From a bacterium (GTDB lineage Bacteria; UBA8248), in contig CBDBBI010000010.1 of assembly GCA_965202625.1 (NCBI GenBank), positions 1,504,001-1,568,000 on the forward strand: a stretch of DNA of 64,000 nt, given 5' to 3'. The position numbers and the translations under genes were made by a program. Shown in pieces: positions 1-9,473 of the stretch. Positions within the stretch are counted from its first letter, which is position 1; each line of letters starts with the position of its first letter. Below the pieces are notes generated by a model that was not told the origin of the DNA, did not search any database, and saw nothing but the letters and a program-made list of their open reading frames with translations.

Positions 1-183
1 TGGCGGCTCGAACGGTCGACATCAAATCCTCCCCCCTTGAAACGATGGACGTAGCGCGCGCGGAAATGGAAAGTGGATGCGATCGCCCCGGGAACTTGTT
101 CTCGAGGCCACTTTAGCGTATCTGTGCCTCTCGCCACAACGCGAGACGGTGGAGACGAAACGCGGAGCCGTCTGAGGGATACC

Positions 184-1050
184 ATGCCGCTGGAAAAAAC
201 GCTCGCCATCTTCGGCTACCCCTTGGGGCACACGCTGTCGCCCCTCATGCACAACGCGGCGGCAAAGGCGATGAACCTGCCCTATCGCTTCATGGCCTAC
301 GAGGTGCATCCCGATTGCTACGCGGAGGCGGTCCGCGGCGCACGCGCGATGGGCTTTGCCGGCTTTTGCGTCACCATCCCCCACAAGGTGAGCACTTTTC
401 GGCTCGTGGACGAGGTAAGCGAGGACGCGAAACTCATGGGTGCCGTGAACGTCGTAACCCTCGAGCGCGACGGGAAACTCAAGGGGCACAACACTGACGG
501 CACGGGCTGGCTTCGCTCCATGGAGGAGGAGACGGGCGTCTCGCCCAAGGGGAAAAAATGCCTCCTGCTGGGGGCGGGAGGCGCCGCTCGGGCGATCGCC
601 GTCAAACTCGCGCAATCGGGAGCGGCGCACATCGAGATTCGCAACCGCACGCCGGAGAAGGCCGTCTCGCTGGCGCGCGAGACGCAGTCGCACTTTCCGG
701 ACGTCAAGGTTCACGGGGGTGGCACGGGCGCCCTTGAATCCGCCGCCCAAGAACGGGACATTATCGTCAACACGACGAGCCTGGGAATGGCCGGCGACAA
801 AGACAGGGAAACCGCATGCCCCCTGCCCGAGGCGTGGATACCGGCCGGGTGCATCTGCCTGGACGCGGTTTACAACCCGCTCGAGACCCCGTTCCTCAGG
901 GCGGCGCGCAGAAGAAAAGGCGCACGCGCCGTCTCAGGCGTCGGCTGGCTCCTGCACCAGGGAGCCGAGGGCTGGAGGCTCTGGACGGGGACGCAGATGC
1001 CCGTCGAGCGCGTGCGAGAGAGGATCATCGAAGCCCTTCGGGGCCGATAG
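184..1050 (+). CDS. aroE: shikimate dehydrogenase
   Basis: GYPLGHTLSPLMHN, VTIPHK, GAVN, GHNTDG and GAGGAAR motifs; start trimmed to ATG at 184. Confidence 0.92.
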   Translation: MPLEKTLAIFGYPLGHTLSPLMHNAAAKAMNLPYRFMAYEVHPDCYAEAVRGARAMGFAGFCVTIPHKVSTFRLVDEVSEDAKLMGAVNVVTLERDGKLKGHNTDGTGWLRSMEEETGVSPKGKKCLLLGAGGAARAIAVKLAQSGAAHIEIRNRTPEKAVSLARETQSHFPDVKVHGGGTGALESAAQERDIIVNTTSLGMAGDKDRETACPLPEAWIPAGCICLDAVYNPLETPFLRAARRRKGARAVSGVGWLLHQGAEGWRLWTGTQMPVERVRERIIEALRGR

Positions 1051-1086
1051 GGGCGGAACCGAGATGAGACAAATCGGAGAAACTAC

Positions 1087-2277
1087 ATGAAAGCGCCGCT
1101 TGAGGGGGTTCGCGTCCTCGACCTTTCCAGAATTCTGGCGGGGCCGTTTTGCACGATGACGCTCGGCGACATGGGCGCCGAGGTCATCAAGATCGAAAAT
1201 CCACAAGGGGGGGACGACACCCGCGGCTGGCCGCCCTTCTACGAGGGAGGAGAGAGCAGCTACTTTCAGTCCGTGAACCGCAACAAGAAAAGTCTGACGC
1301 TGAACCTGAAGGCGGAGGTGGGGAAATCCATCTTGCGGGCGTTGATCAAAAAATCGGACGTCCTGATTCAGAACTTCAGGCCGGGCGCCATTGAGCGGCT
1401 CGGCTTCGACTGGAAAACCTGCCGCGCGCTCAACCCCAGGCTCATCTACGCGAGCGTCTCCGGCTATGGACAAAGCGGCCCCTCCAGGGAGAGACCCGCC
1501 TACGACATCCTCCTGCAGGGCGAGGGCGGTCTCATGAGCATCACGGGCGCGGAGGGAGGCGGCGGCTTCAAGACGGGAATCGCCATCGCCGACCTCACCA
1601 CCGCCATGTTCGCCACCCAGGGAATTCTGCTGGCCATTATCGCCCGGCACAGGACGGGGGAAGGCCAATACGTGGACGCCGCGATTCAGGACGGGCAGGC
1701 CGCCCTGATGAGCCACGCCGCGGGAAACTATTTCGCCACGGGCGTCTCGCCCGGACGTATGGGCAATCGCCACCCGAGCATATCCCCGTATCGCGATTTT
1801 CCCTGCGCGGACGGAGCGCTCATCGTGGCGGCGGCAAACGACTCTCTCTGGGATCGGTTCGCCCGCGCCATAGGCAGGGCGGATCTGGCAGACGACCCGG
1901 AGTGGGCGAAAAACGCGGAGCGCGTCCTCGGCCGCGATGCACTGGAGGCGGAAATCGAAAAGACGATGCGCGCGAAGACCCGCGCGGAATGGGCGCGAAT
2001 CGTATCAGAAGCCGGAGTGCCCTGCGGACCCGTGAGAACGATCGAGGAGTTGTGCGCGGATCCGCAGATTCATCACCGGGAGATGATCGTCGAGATGGCA
2101 CACGCGAAAACCGGCGCCTTGAAGATGATGGGCATCCCTGTGAAGCTCTCGGACACGCCGGGAGAAATCCGCTTGCCCCCTCCCCTTCTTGGCGAACACA
2201 CCGAAAGTATCCTGTCCGACCTGCTGGGCAAATCAGAGGAGGACGTCCAGGTACTCAGGGAAAAGGGGGTCGTCTAA
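1087..2277 (+). CDS. CaiB/BaiF family CoA transferase (family III)
   Basis: PLEGVRVLDLSRILAGPFCTM, NRNKKSL, NFRPG, PPLLGEHT. Confidence 0.92.
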   Translation: MKAPLEGVRVLDLSRILAGPFCTMTLGDMGAEVIKIENPQGGDDTRGWPPFYEGGESSYFQSVNRNKKSLTLNLKAEVGKSILRALIKKSDVLIQNFRPGAIERLGFDWKTCRALNPRLIYASVSGYGQSGPSRERPAYDILLQGEGGLMSITGAEGGGGFKTGIAIADLTTAMFATQGILLAIIARHRTGEGQYVDAAIQDGQAALMSHAAGNYFATGVSPGRMGNRHPSISPYRDFPCADGALIVAAANDSLWDRFARAIGRADLADDPEWAKNAERVLGRDALEAEIEKTMRAKTRAEWARIVSEAGVPCGPVRTIEELCADPQIHHREMIVEMAHAKTGALKMMGIPVKLSDTPGEIRLPPPLLGEHTESILSDLLGKSEEDVQVLREKGVV

Positions 2278-2365
2278 GGCGCCTTGCCAGACACGCCTTT
2301 CGCCGATAGGATAGATAAGTCCCGTCACGTTCTGACTTCCGTCTTCGTGCGGGCGGGGTCAGCCC

Positions 2366-3391
2366 GTGAAACGAGAGCGGAGAAACGCCCTGAGAACGGT
2401 CACGTATTCATTCAACTTCACCTTACCCATCACCAACTGGTGCGTGAACCACTGCGGCTATTGCAGTTTCCGCAGCAATGCGCCCATCCTGCTCTCCCTT
2501 GAGGAATGCGAGCGGCGCGCGCGGCGCGCTCATGCGCAGGGGGTGATCGAGGCCCTCGTCATGACCGGAGAGGGAATCGACAGGCACAAGGGGCTCAAAG
2601 GCCAGCTCAAGGCGTGGGGATACGACACCTACGCCGCCTATACGGCGCAGGTGTGCAAAATCTGCATGGAAGTCGGTCTGCTCCCTCACGCCAACATCGG
2701 CACCCTAGAGGAGTGGGAATACGAGATTCTCCAACCCTACAACGTCTCGATGGGCATGATGATGGAGACCGTCAGCCCGAAAGCGACGCACGCCGCTCAC
2801 CGCGCGGCGCCGACGAAGGCGCCCGAGAGAAGGCTCGCCTCCCTTGAGGCGGCGGGAAAGTGCGGAGTCGCGTTCACGACCGGTATACTCGTCGGAATCG
2901 GAGAATCGCCCGCCGAGCGCGTCGCCGCGCTCGAGGCCATCGCCAAAATCCATCGACGCTACGGACATATCCAGGAGATCATCCTCCAACCCTTGAACCC
3001 CCAACCCATGACGCCCATGGCCGGCTGGAAGAGACCGCCGGATGCGGAAATTGTGGAGCTGATCCCCCACGTGCGAAGACTTATGCCGGGCGTCCACGTC
3101 CAGGTTCCCCCGAACCTGGTGGATGATCTACTCGGCCTCATCATGGCGGGGGCCGACGATATCGGGGGGGTCGCGCCCGAGCCCGATCACATCAACCCAA
3201 ACCGCGGCTGGCCCAAACTGGGCAACCTCGACGCCTCCCTCCACCGCGAGGACGTATCGTTGCGGCTGCGGATGCCGATATACGACGAGTTCATTGAGGC
3301 AAACTGGGCTCCGCCCGCGACCCTGCCGGCGCTTGGCCGGATGCTGGATAGGCGTGAATCCGAAGAAATCCTGCCGGCGGAGATCGCATGA
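2366..3391 (+). CDS. cofG: FO synthase subunit CofG (radical SAM)
   Basis: TYS..PITNWCVNHCGYCSF radical SAM motif, LLPHANIG, SMGMMME, FTTGILVGIGE, QVPPNL; first gene of cof operon. Confidence 0.9.
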   Translation: MKRERRNALRTVTYSFNFTLPITNWCVNHCGYCSFRSNAPILLSLEECERRARRAHAQGVIEALVMTGEGIDRHKGLKGQLKAWGYDTYAAYTAQVCKICMEVGLLPHANIGTLEEWEYEILQPYNVSMGMMMETVSPKATHAAHRAAPTKAPERRLASLEAAGKCGVAFTTGILVGIGESPAERVAALEAIAKIHRRYGHIQEIILQPLNPQPMTPMAGWKRPPDAEIVELIPHVRRLMPGVHVQVPPNLVDDLLGLIMAGADDIGGVAPEPDHINPNRGWPKLGNLDASLHREDVSLRLRMPIYDEFIEANWAPPATLPALGRMLDRRESEEILPAEIA

Positions 3392-4656
3392 GCACCCTCC
3401 CCGTTCACGAGATTCTCGACGCCTTTGAGGCGGGTACGGAAATATCGCGCGACGGCGCGGCCACCCTGCTCGCTGAGAGGAGCGCGGAGTTCGTCGAGCG
3501 TCTCCATGCGGCGGCGGACGCAGAGAGAAAACGAGCCGTCGGCGACGAGGTGAGCTACGTCGTCAACGCGAACGTGAACTTCACGAATGTATGCTATACG
3601 GACTGCAAATACTGCGGCTTCTGGCGGCGACCGAACGCTGCCGACGCCTACACGCACGACGACGATACGCTGCGCCGGAAATTCGAGCGTGCGCGGAATT
3701 TCGGCGTCCGCGAAATCTGTATGCAGGGGGGGCTGAACCCGCAGATATCGATCGATCGCTATGAAGAGGTGCTCCGGCTTGCGCGCGATGTCATTCCTGG
3801 CGTCCACATGCACGCCTACTCGCCCGCGGAAATCGACCACATTCAAAGAAAAACGAGGCTGCCGCTTGAGGAGGTACTGACGCGACTTAAGGAGGCGGGG
3901 CTCGGCTCCATTCCGGGAACGGCCGCGGAGATCCTCGTAGAAAGAGTGAAGAAGCTGATCAGCCCAGGGAGAATCCCCGTCGAGAGATGGTGTGAAATCA
4001 TCCGGGCGGCTCATCGCGTGGGAATTCCAACGACGTCCACCGTCATGTATGGGCACATTGAGAGCAACGCTGATCTGGCCGAACACCTCGACGTCTTGCG
4101 AAAAATGCAAAAAGACTCCCTGAAGGCAAACCGAGGCGCGCGGTTCACTGAATTCGTTCCACTTCCCTTCATCCCCTACGGCAACAAGATGGGCGAGGAG
4201 TTCGGCATCACAGAGATGGCAGACCTAGAGACCATTTTCAGGCTTCACGCAGTCGCTCGGCTTTTCTTTCGGGGAACGATAGCCAACATTCAGGTGGCCT
4301 GGCCGAAAATCGGAATCGACGCCGCCCGAAAGGCGCTGTCCCTTGGAGTGAACGACCTGGGCGGAACGCTGATTGAGGAGAATATCTCCAGGGAATCGGG
4401 GGCGGAATACGGACAAAGCCTGAGCCCGGCGCAGTTCAACGAGGCGATACGGGGGGCCGGTCGGATTCCCGTGCAGCGCACGACCACGTACGACATCATT
4501 CGCCAGAGCGACCCGAGATACCGCCCCCCCCTACCGGACGATGAGACACTGCTCGGCGCCGGCGCGGCGGGCGGAAGAAAGACGGGCGACTTCATTCCCG
4601 AGGCGCGTCTGGGAGTTTTTCCATCCGCCCCGACCGGCCGGAGAGGACATCCTTGA
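3388..4656 (+). CDS. cofH: FO synthase subunit CofH (radical SAM)
   Basis: NVNFTNVCYTDCKYCGF, SIPGTAAEIL, TTSTVMYGHIE, NDLGGTLIEENISR; overlaps cofG stop. Confidence 0.9.
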   Translation: MSTLPVHEILDAFEAGTEISRDGAATLLAERSAEFVERLHAAADAERKRAVGDEVSYVVNANVNFTNVCYTDCKYCGFWRRPNAADAYTHDDDTLRRKFERARNFGVREICMQGGLNPQISIDRYEEVLRLARDVIPGVHMHAYSPAEIDHIQRKTRLPLEEVLTRLKEAGLGSIPGTAAEILVERVKKLISPGRIPVERWCEIIRAAHRVGIPTTSTVMYGHIESNADLAEHLDVLRKMQKDSLKANRGARFTEFVPLPFIPYGNKMGEEFGITEMADLETIFRLHAVARLFFRGTIANIQVAWPKIGIDAARKALSLGVNDLGGTLIEENISRESGAEYGQSLSPAQFNEAIRGAGRIPVQRTTTYDIIRQSDPRYRPPLPDDETLLGAGAAGGRKTGDFIPEARLGVFPSAPTGRRGHP

Positions 4657-6095
4657 GCGCATTTCACCATCCCTCCTTCAAGGACATGATGAACGACGTG
4701 GTGGACGCCGGTAGCTGTTGCGAATGCGGAAGCTGCGTTCTCGTCTGCCCGCACAACGTCATCGAATACATCGACGCCAAGCCCAAGCAAACTGCCAAGG
4801 CGAAGGCTGATTTTGACTATTGCGGCGTCAGCGAGGGGGTAGGCTGCGACGTGTGCGCGTCGGTGTGCCCCAGGCTTTGGCCGAGGGAGGTCCACCTGAG
4901 GGACGCCGCGTTCAGGGAGAGAAGAAGCGAGGGATACGAGGGCGTCTTCGGCTCCTACAGGCATATCTTCATGGCGAGAACCAAGCGCGAGGACGTGATG
5001 CGGCGTGCCCAGGACGGCGGCGTCGTCACCGCGCTGCTCGCGTGGGCACTCGCGCAGGACGTCATCGACGGGGCGGTGGTCTCCGCCGTCGGGGAGGACG
5101 ACCCGCCGTGCGACCCGAGCCCGAAAGTCGTCACGACGTATGAGGAGATTCGCGCCAGCGCGGGTAGCTGGTACACCTATTGCGCGAACAATCTCGCACT
5201 GGAGGAGGTGCGAAAAAGAGACCTCAAAAAAGTGGGGTTCGTGGGCGTTCCGTGCCAGATCACCCCGTTGCGCAAGATGGAGCTCATCGACCCTTCCTTT
5301 CTGGTTTCACACAAGAAAAGACCCCAGCACATCGAGAAGCAGCGCGGGTTCCTGAGAGGGTTCGCCGAGCGCGTCGCCTTTCAGATCGGCCTGTTCTGCA
5401 CAGAGGTTTTCACCTTCGACCTCATGACGGAGAAAATTCAAAAGGAGCTGGGCGTCCCCCTCACGGATGTGGCGAAGTTCAACGTGAAGGGCGAGGTGCT
5501 CGTCCACAAGAAGGACGGGGAGCTCATCACCTTCTCCCTCCAAGAGGCGATGGAGAATTACCAGCGTCCCGAGTGCCAGCACTGCGCGGATTTCTCCGCG
5601 GAGCTTGCGGACATCGCCTGTGGAGGCGTGGGCACGCGGGGGTGGACGATCGTGGTCCTGCGCACCGAGAAGGGCGAGGCGATCTGGCGTAAATTCGAAA
5701 AGGAGGGGCTTTTGGAGACCCGCCCCATCCAGGAGAACAAAAGGGCCTGGAACATTCTGAACATTCTGGCGAGAAGACAGCGAAACCGCGTCCCAAGGTT
5801 GGGGATGAGAAGCGGCACGCCGCCGGGCCTCCCCCAATACGACGGCATCGAGGGCGCGCGCCTCACCGCCCGAAGAATGCAGTCGAGCGCGAAAACGCCC
5901 GAAGAGGCGGAGGAGTGCCTCGCCACGGCCTACGGGGACGAGCCGCGTCCCGCCGACGTGCGCGGCTACCTCGCCGGCCAGCCAATTCCGGGCGATCTAG
6001 GAGATCCGCCCCCCGGAGAGAAACGCAAGCTTCCCCCGCCCCCCAGCCCGGCCCAGGGCGGAGCGCCGCCGGGCGGGAAGTTTTCCGGGCCGTAA
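4653..6095 (+). CDS. FrhB/FdhB family F420-binding flavoprotein with N-terminal 2x[4Fe-4S] domain
   Basis: CCECGSCVLVCP and CDVCASVCP ferredoxin motifs; AQDGGVVTALL, VGVPCQ, IGLFC, CQHCADFSAELADI; TTG start overlapping cofH stop. Confidence 0.85.
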   Translation: MSAFHHPSFKDMMNDVVDAGSCCECGSCVLVCPHNVIEYIDAKPKQTAKAKADFDYCGVSEGVGCDVCASVCPRLWPREVHLRDAAFRERRSEGYEGVFGSYRHIFMARTKREDVMRRAQDGGVVTALLAWALAQDVIDGAVVSAVGEDDPPCDPSPKVVTTYEEIRASAGSWYTYCANNLALEEVRKRDLKKVGFVGVPCQITPLRKMELIDPSFLVSHKKRPQHIEKQRGFLRGFAERVAFQIGLFCTEVFTFDLMTEKIQKELGVPLTDVAKFNVKGEVLVHKKDGELITFSLQEAMENYQRPECQHCADFSAELADIACGGVGTRGWTIVVLRTEKGEAIWRKFEKEGLLETRPIQENKRAWNILNILARRQRNRVPRLGMRSGTPPGLPQYDGIEGARLTARRMQSSAKTPEEAEECLATAYGDEPRPADVRGYLAGQPIPGDLGDPPPGEKRKLPPPPSPAQGGAPPGGKFSGP

Positions 6096-6096
6096 G

Positions 6097-6732
6097 TTGG
6101 ATGCCCACACACTTGAGGAGAAAAACCGCCCGCTGGAGCTCTCCCTTGAAGAGGCCCTGCGCGCAAGACGCTCCGTCAGGCGCTTCGACCCAAAACCCGT
6201 TCCGATGGAGGTATTGCGGACCGCCATGTCCGCCGCTTGCCTGGCACCCAGTCCGCATGGAACGCGCCCCTGGCGGTTCTGCGTTCTCGACTCGCAAGAG
6301 GCCAAACGCGCTCTCGCCACCGAGATGGGAAAAGATTTTCTCCGCGACATGCGGACGGAGGGCGTAGCGGAGGAGGAGCGCGCGCGCAGGCATCGGGGAA
6401 GCGTCGGCCTGCTGACCCAGGCGCCCGCTCTCATCATGGCGTCTCTCTCATACGCCAATCTGGACGAATACGAGGCGAGAGAGAAGCAGTCCAACGAATG
6501 GATGATGGCCGAGCACAGCTTGGGAGGCGCCTTGCAAAACCTCATGCTCGCCCTGGCGGCCCAGGGCGTGGGCTCGGTGTGGCGCTGCGCGCCCCTGTTC
6601 TGTCCCGAGACGGCCCGAAAGGCGTTGGACCTTCCCGCCGACTGGCAGCCCAGGGCGCTCGTCGTCGCCGGCTACCCGACGCATCCGCCCACGCCCCGGG
6701 AAGCGCCTGCGCCGGTCGTGATCCTCCGGTGA
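6097..6732 (+). CDS. nitroreductase family protein (FbiB C-terminal-like, candidate dehydro-F420 reductase)
   Basis: RRSVRRF, APSPHGTRPWRF, QNLMLAL, GSVWRCAPLFCPETARKALDLP; located inside cof operon. Confidence 0.82.
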   Translation: MDAHTLEEKNRPLELSLEEALRARRSVRRFDPKPVPMEVLRTAMSAACLAPSPHGTRPWRFCVLDSQEAKRALATEMGKDFLRDMRTEGVAEEERARRHRGSVGLLTQAPALIMASLSYANLDEYEAREKQSNEWMMAEHSLGGALQNLMLALAAQGVGSVWRCAPLFCPETARKALDLPADWQPRALVVAGYPTHPPTPREAPAPVVILR

Positions 6733-7673
6733 GTTTCTCCGGCCCGGTAGTCGCGCTTGCCGGCGGGGTGGGCGGAGCGAAACTCGCCGTCGGTCTCGCC
6801 GGCGTCCTCCCCGAGGGCCGGCTGAGCGTCATCGTGAACACCGCAGACGACCTGGCGCTTCACGGCCTGCATATCAGCCCGGATATCGACACGGTGATGT
6901 ATAACCTGGCGGGCATGTCGAACCCCGAGACGGGCTGGGGGATCGAAGGCGACCGAACGAGTGCGCTCGAACTGCTCGGCCGCTACGGGGGACCCACCTG
7001 GTTTCGGTTGGGGGACAAGGACCTGGCGACCCACGTCCGACGCACCCAGCGTCTGGCCGAGGGCGCACGCCTCACGGAGGTGACCCAGGAGCTCGCCGCC
7101 TCTCTGGGCGTCAAGACGAAGATACTCCCCATGACGGACGCGTCCATCGCCACCCGTGTCCGGACGCCGGAGGGGGAACTCGAGTTTCAGGATTATTTCG
7201 TCGCGCGGGGAACGCGGCCCAAGGTGTGCGGCGTGCGATTCCAGGGGGCGGATGGGGCGAAAACCACTCCGGAGGTCTCTCGCGCGATTGACGAGGCGCG
7301 CGCGGTCGTCTTTTGCCCGTCAAATCCGATTGTGAGCATCGGCCCCATTCTGGCGATCGCACAGATTCGAGAACGCCTTCGCGGCGCGTCCGTTCCGCGC
7401 GTGGGCGTGAGTCCCATCATCGGAGGCGCCGCCCTGCGGGGCCCCGCCGCCGACATGCTCCGGAGTCTGGGGCACGAGGCGTCGGCCCTGGGCGTCGCCA
7501 GGGTTCTCAAAGACGTAATCGACGGGTTCGTCGTGGACGCGGAAGACGAGGCGCTCCTCTCATCCATCCAGAAAATCGGAATAAGGAGCGTTGCCTTGCC
7601 CAGCGTGATGTTAGACGCCGATTCCAAGAAAAAACTCGCGCGCGGCGTTTTGGAATTCATCGCGTCCATGTGA
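6729..7673 (+). CDS. cofD: 2-phospho-L-lactate/PEP transferase CofD (FbiA)
   Basis: LAGGVGGAKL, VNTADD, ISPDIDTVMY, WFRLGDKDLATH, PSNPIVSIGPIL; GTG start at 6729 overlapping upstream TGA. Confidence 0.92.
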   Translation: MSFSGPVVALAGGVGGAKLAVGLAGVLPEGRLSVIVNTADDLALHGLHISPDIDTVMYNLAGMSNPETGWGIEGDRTSALELLGRYGGPTWFRLGDKDLATHVRRTQRLAEGARLTEVTQELAASLGVKTKILPMTDASIATRVRTPEGELEFQDYFVARGTRPKVCGVRFQGADGAKTTPEVSRAIDEARAVVFCPSNPIVSIGPILAIAQIRERLRGASVPRVGVSPIIGGAALRGPAADMLRSLGHEASALGVARVLKDVIDGFVVDAEDEALLSSIQKIGIRSVALPSVMLDADSKKKLARGVLEFIASM

Positions 7674-7738
7674 GAGATAGGTGAGGAGAATTCAGGTATA
7701 ATCAAACCACGCTCTCGCTTCACGACGCCCCGGGATGG

Positions 7739-8395
7739 ATGATGAGTCTTTCGAGCCATTGCGTCGCCCTGATACCCGTTCGCGATTTCAGAACCGGCAA
7801 ATCCCGGCTCGCACAGGCACTGGACAAAGGCGTTCGGAATCGACTGGGACGCTGGATGCTCGAACGCGTCCTGAAGGCCGTCGGCGGCGCGAATCCCGTC
7901 GATGAAATTGCCGTCCTGAGCGATTCGGCGGAAGTCCTCACCCTCGCCGGAGAATACGGCGCCGTCGGCTTGTTCCAACAATCCAGGGGGCTGAACGGCG
8001 ATCTCGAAGAGGGCCGCTTATGGGCGATGCGAAGAGACGCCGGCTCCCTCTTCGTCGTGCATGGGGATTTGCCGTTTCTGACGAACGGAGAGGTGAGCGC
8101 GTTTCTGGAGGAGAACGCGCCCTTGAAGGGTTCTGCGCGCGGCATACGCATCGCCAAGTCCAAGGACGGCGGCACGAACGCGCTCCTGATGCAGCCGGTT
8201 GACGCGATTCCCTTCCTGTTCGGAGCGCGAAGTTTTCAAAAACACTGGGAGGCGGCGCGGAGCAACTGCTGCGGCGTCCGGGCTTGCGAGTCCTTCGGCT
8301 TCGCGCACGACATAGACTCGCCTGCGGACCTCGAACTCCTGCTCTCTCTTGAGGCGGAGGCACCCCATTGGCTCGCCTCCGCGAAGGCGGGATGA
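7739..8395 (+). CDS. cofC: guanylyltransferase CofC (FbiD)
   Basis: IPVRDFRTGKSRL, GLN, HGDLPFL, DGGTNAL, DIDSPADL. Confidence 0.88.
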   Translation: MMSLSSHCVALIPVRDFRTGKSRLAQALDKGVRNRLGRWMLERVLKAVGGANPVDEIAVLSDSAEVLTLAGEYGAVGLFQQSRGLNGDLEEGRLWAMRRDAGSLFVVHGDLPFLTNGEVSAFLEENAPLKGSARGIRIAKSKDGGTNALLMQPVDAIPFLFGARSFQKHWEAARSNCCGVRACESFGFAHDIDSPADLELLLSLEAEAPHWLASAKAG

Positions 8396-9153
8396 AACGC
8401 GTGGAGATCATACCCATTCTCGGGCTTCCGGAAGTCCAGAATCGGGACGCCATCGCACCCCTGATCCTCGGCGCGCTCGATGCGGAGGGAATCAAAGTCC
8501 AGAATCGGGACGTCCTCGTTCTCGCCCAAAAGATCATTAGCAAGGCCGAGGGCAGGCTTTTAGATCTGGGCGGCGTGGAACCCTCCCGAAAGGCGCTCGA
8601 CATCGCGTGCCGCGACGGGCGCGACCCGAGGCTGGTAGAGGCGGTGCTGCGCGAGTCGAACGAAATCGTCGTCGCCTCAGAGAACGCGCTCATCGTGGAG
8701 CATCGCACGGGGGCGGTGTGCGCCCACGCCGGCATCGACCGCTCCAACGTCGGGGAAGGTGCGGAGCAGGTTTTGCTCCTACCCCGGGACCCCGATCGCT
8801 CCGCTCGAAAACTGCATGAAGACCTTCGGCGCGCGACGGGCGCGTTCGTTCCCGTTCTCATCGCCGACACGCAAGGGCGCGCCTTTCGGCGGGGCGTCTG
8901 CGGCGTGGCGATAGGATGTGCCGGACTCGCGCCTCTGGCGGACCTCAGAGGAGAAAAGGATCGCGCGGGCCGGGCGCTTGCGATCACCATCCTCGCCCAG
9001 GCGGATGAAATCGCGGCGGCGGCGAGCATGGTGATGGGACAGGACAGCCAGGGAGTTCCCGCTGTCTTGATTCGCGGCCTGCGCTACCATGAGGGAGACG
9101 ACCCCGCGCGCACCCTTTACCGGGAGAAGGAAGAGGATTTGTTTCGCCCCTGA
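8392..9153 (+). CDS. cofE: coenzyme F420-0:L-glutamate ligase CofE
   Basis: DVLVLAQKIISKAEGR, CAHAGIDRSN, LLPRDPDRSA, DTQGRAFRRG, ADEIAAAA; ATG at 8392. Confidence 0.92.
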   Translation: MKRVEIIPILGLPEVQNRDAIAPLILGALDAEGIKVQNRDVLVLAQKIISKAEGRLLDLGGVEPSRKALDIACRDGRDPRLVEAVLRESNEIVVASENALIVEHRTGAVCAHAGIDRSNVGEGAEQVLLLPRDPDRSARKLHEDLRRATGAFVPVLIADTQGRAFRRGVCGVAIGCAGLAPLADLRGEKDRAGRALAITILAQADEIAAAASMVMGQDSQGVPAVLIRGLRYHEGDDPARTLYREKEEDLFRP

Positions 9154-9473
9154 AGCCATGGCTATTTTTCGTATTTTTTGTTGGAACGACGTCGAGGAAG
9201 AGCAACTGAACAACGTCATGGCGCGCGGGATTACGGCGCGCACAGCGCAAATGCGGCAAGATAGCACTCTGCGCCTTTTTTCTCAAAAATTTTCGTTTCA
9301 CGTTTGCGCATTGCGGTAAAAATGCGATAAAATGCAGAAAGTTCAGAAGTTACTCGGAGACGCCGAGGCCGCTTTGCGCAGGGCGTCTCCTGACGGTCAC
9401 CAGCCGTAAGCGACTATGTTCATCAAGCCGACTATGGACCGCCCCTAAAACGACATAGACAAGGTTTCGCTTC

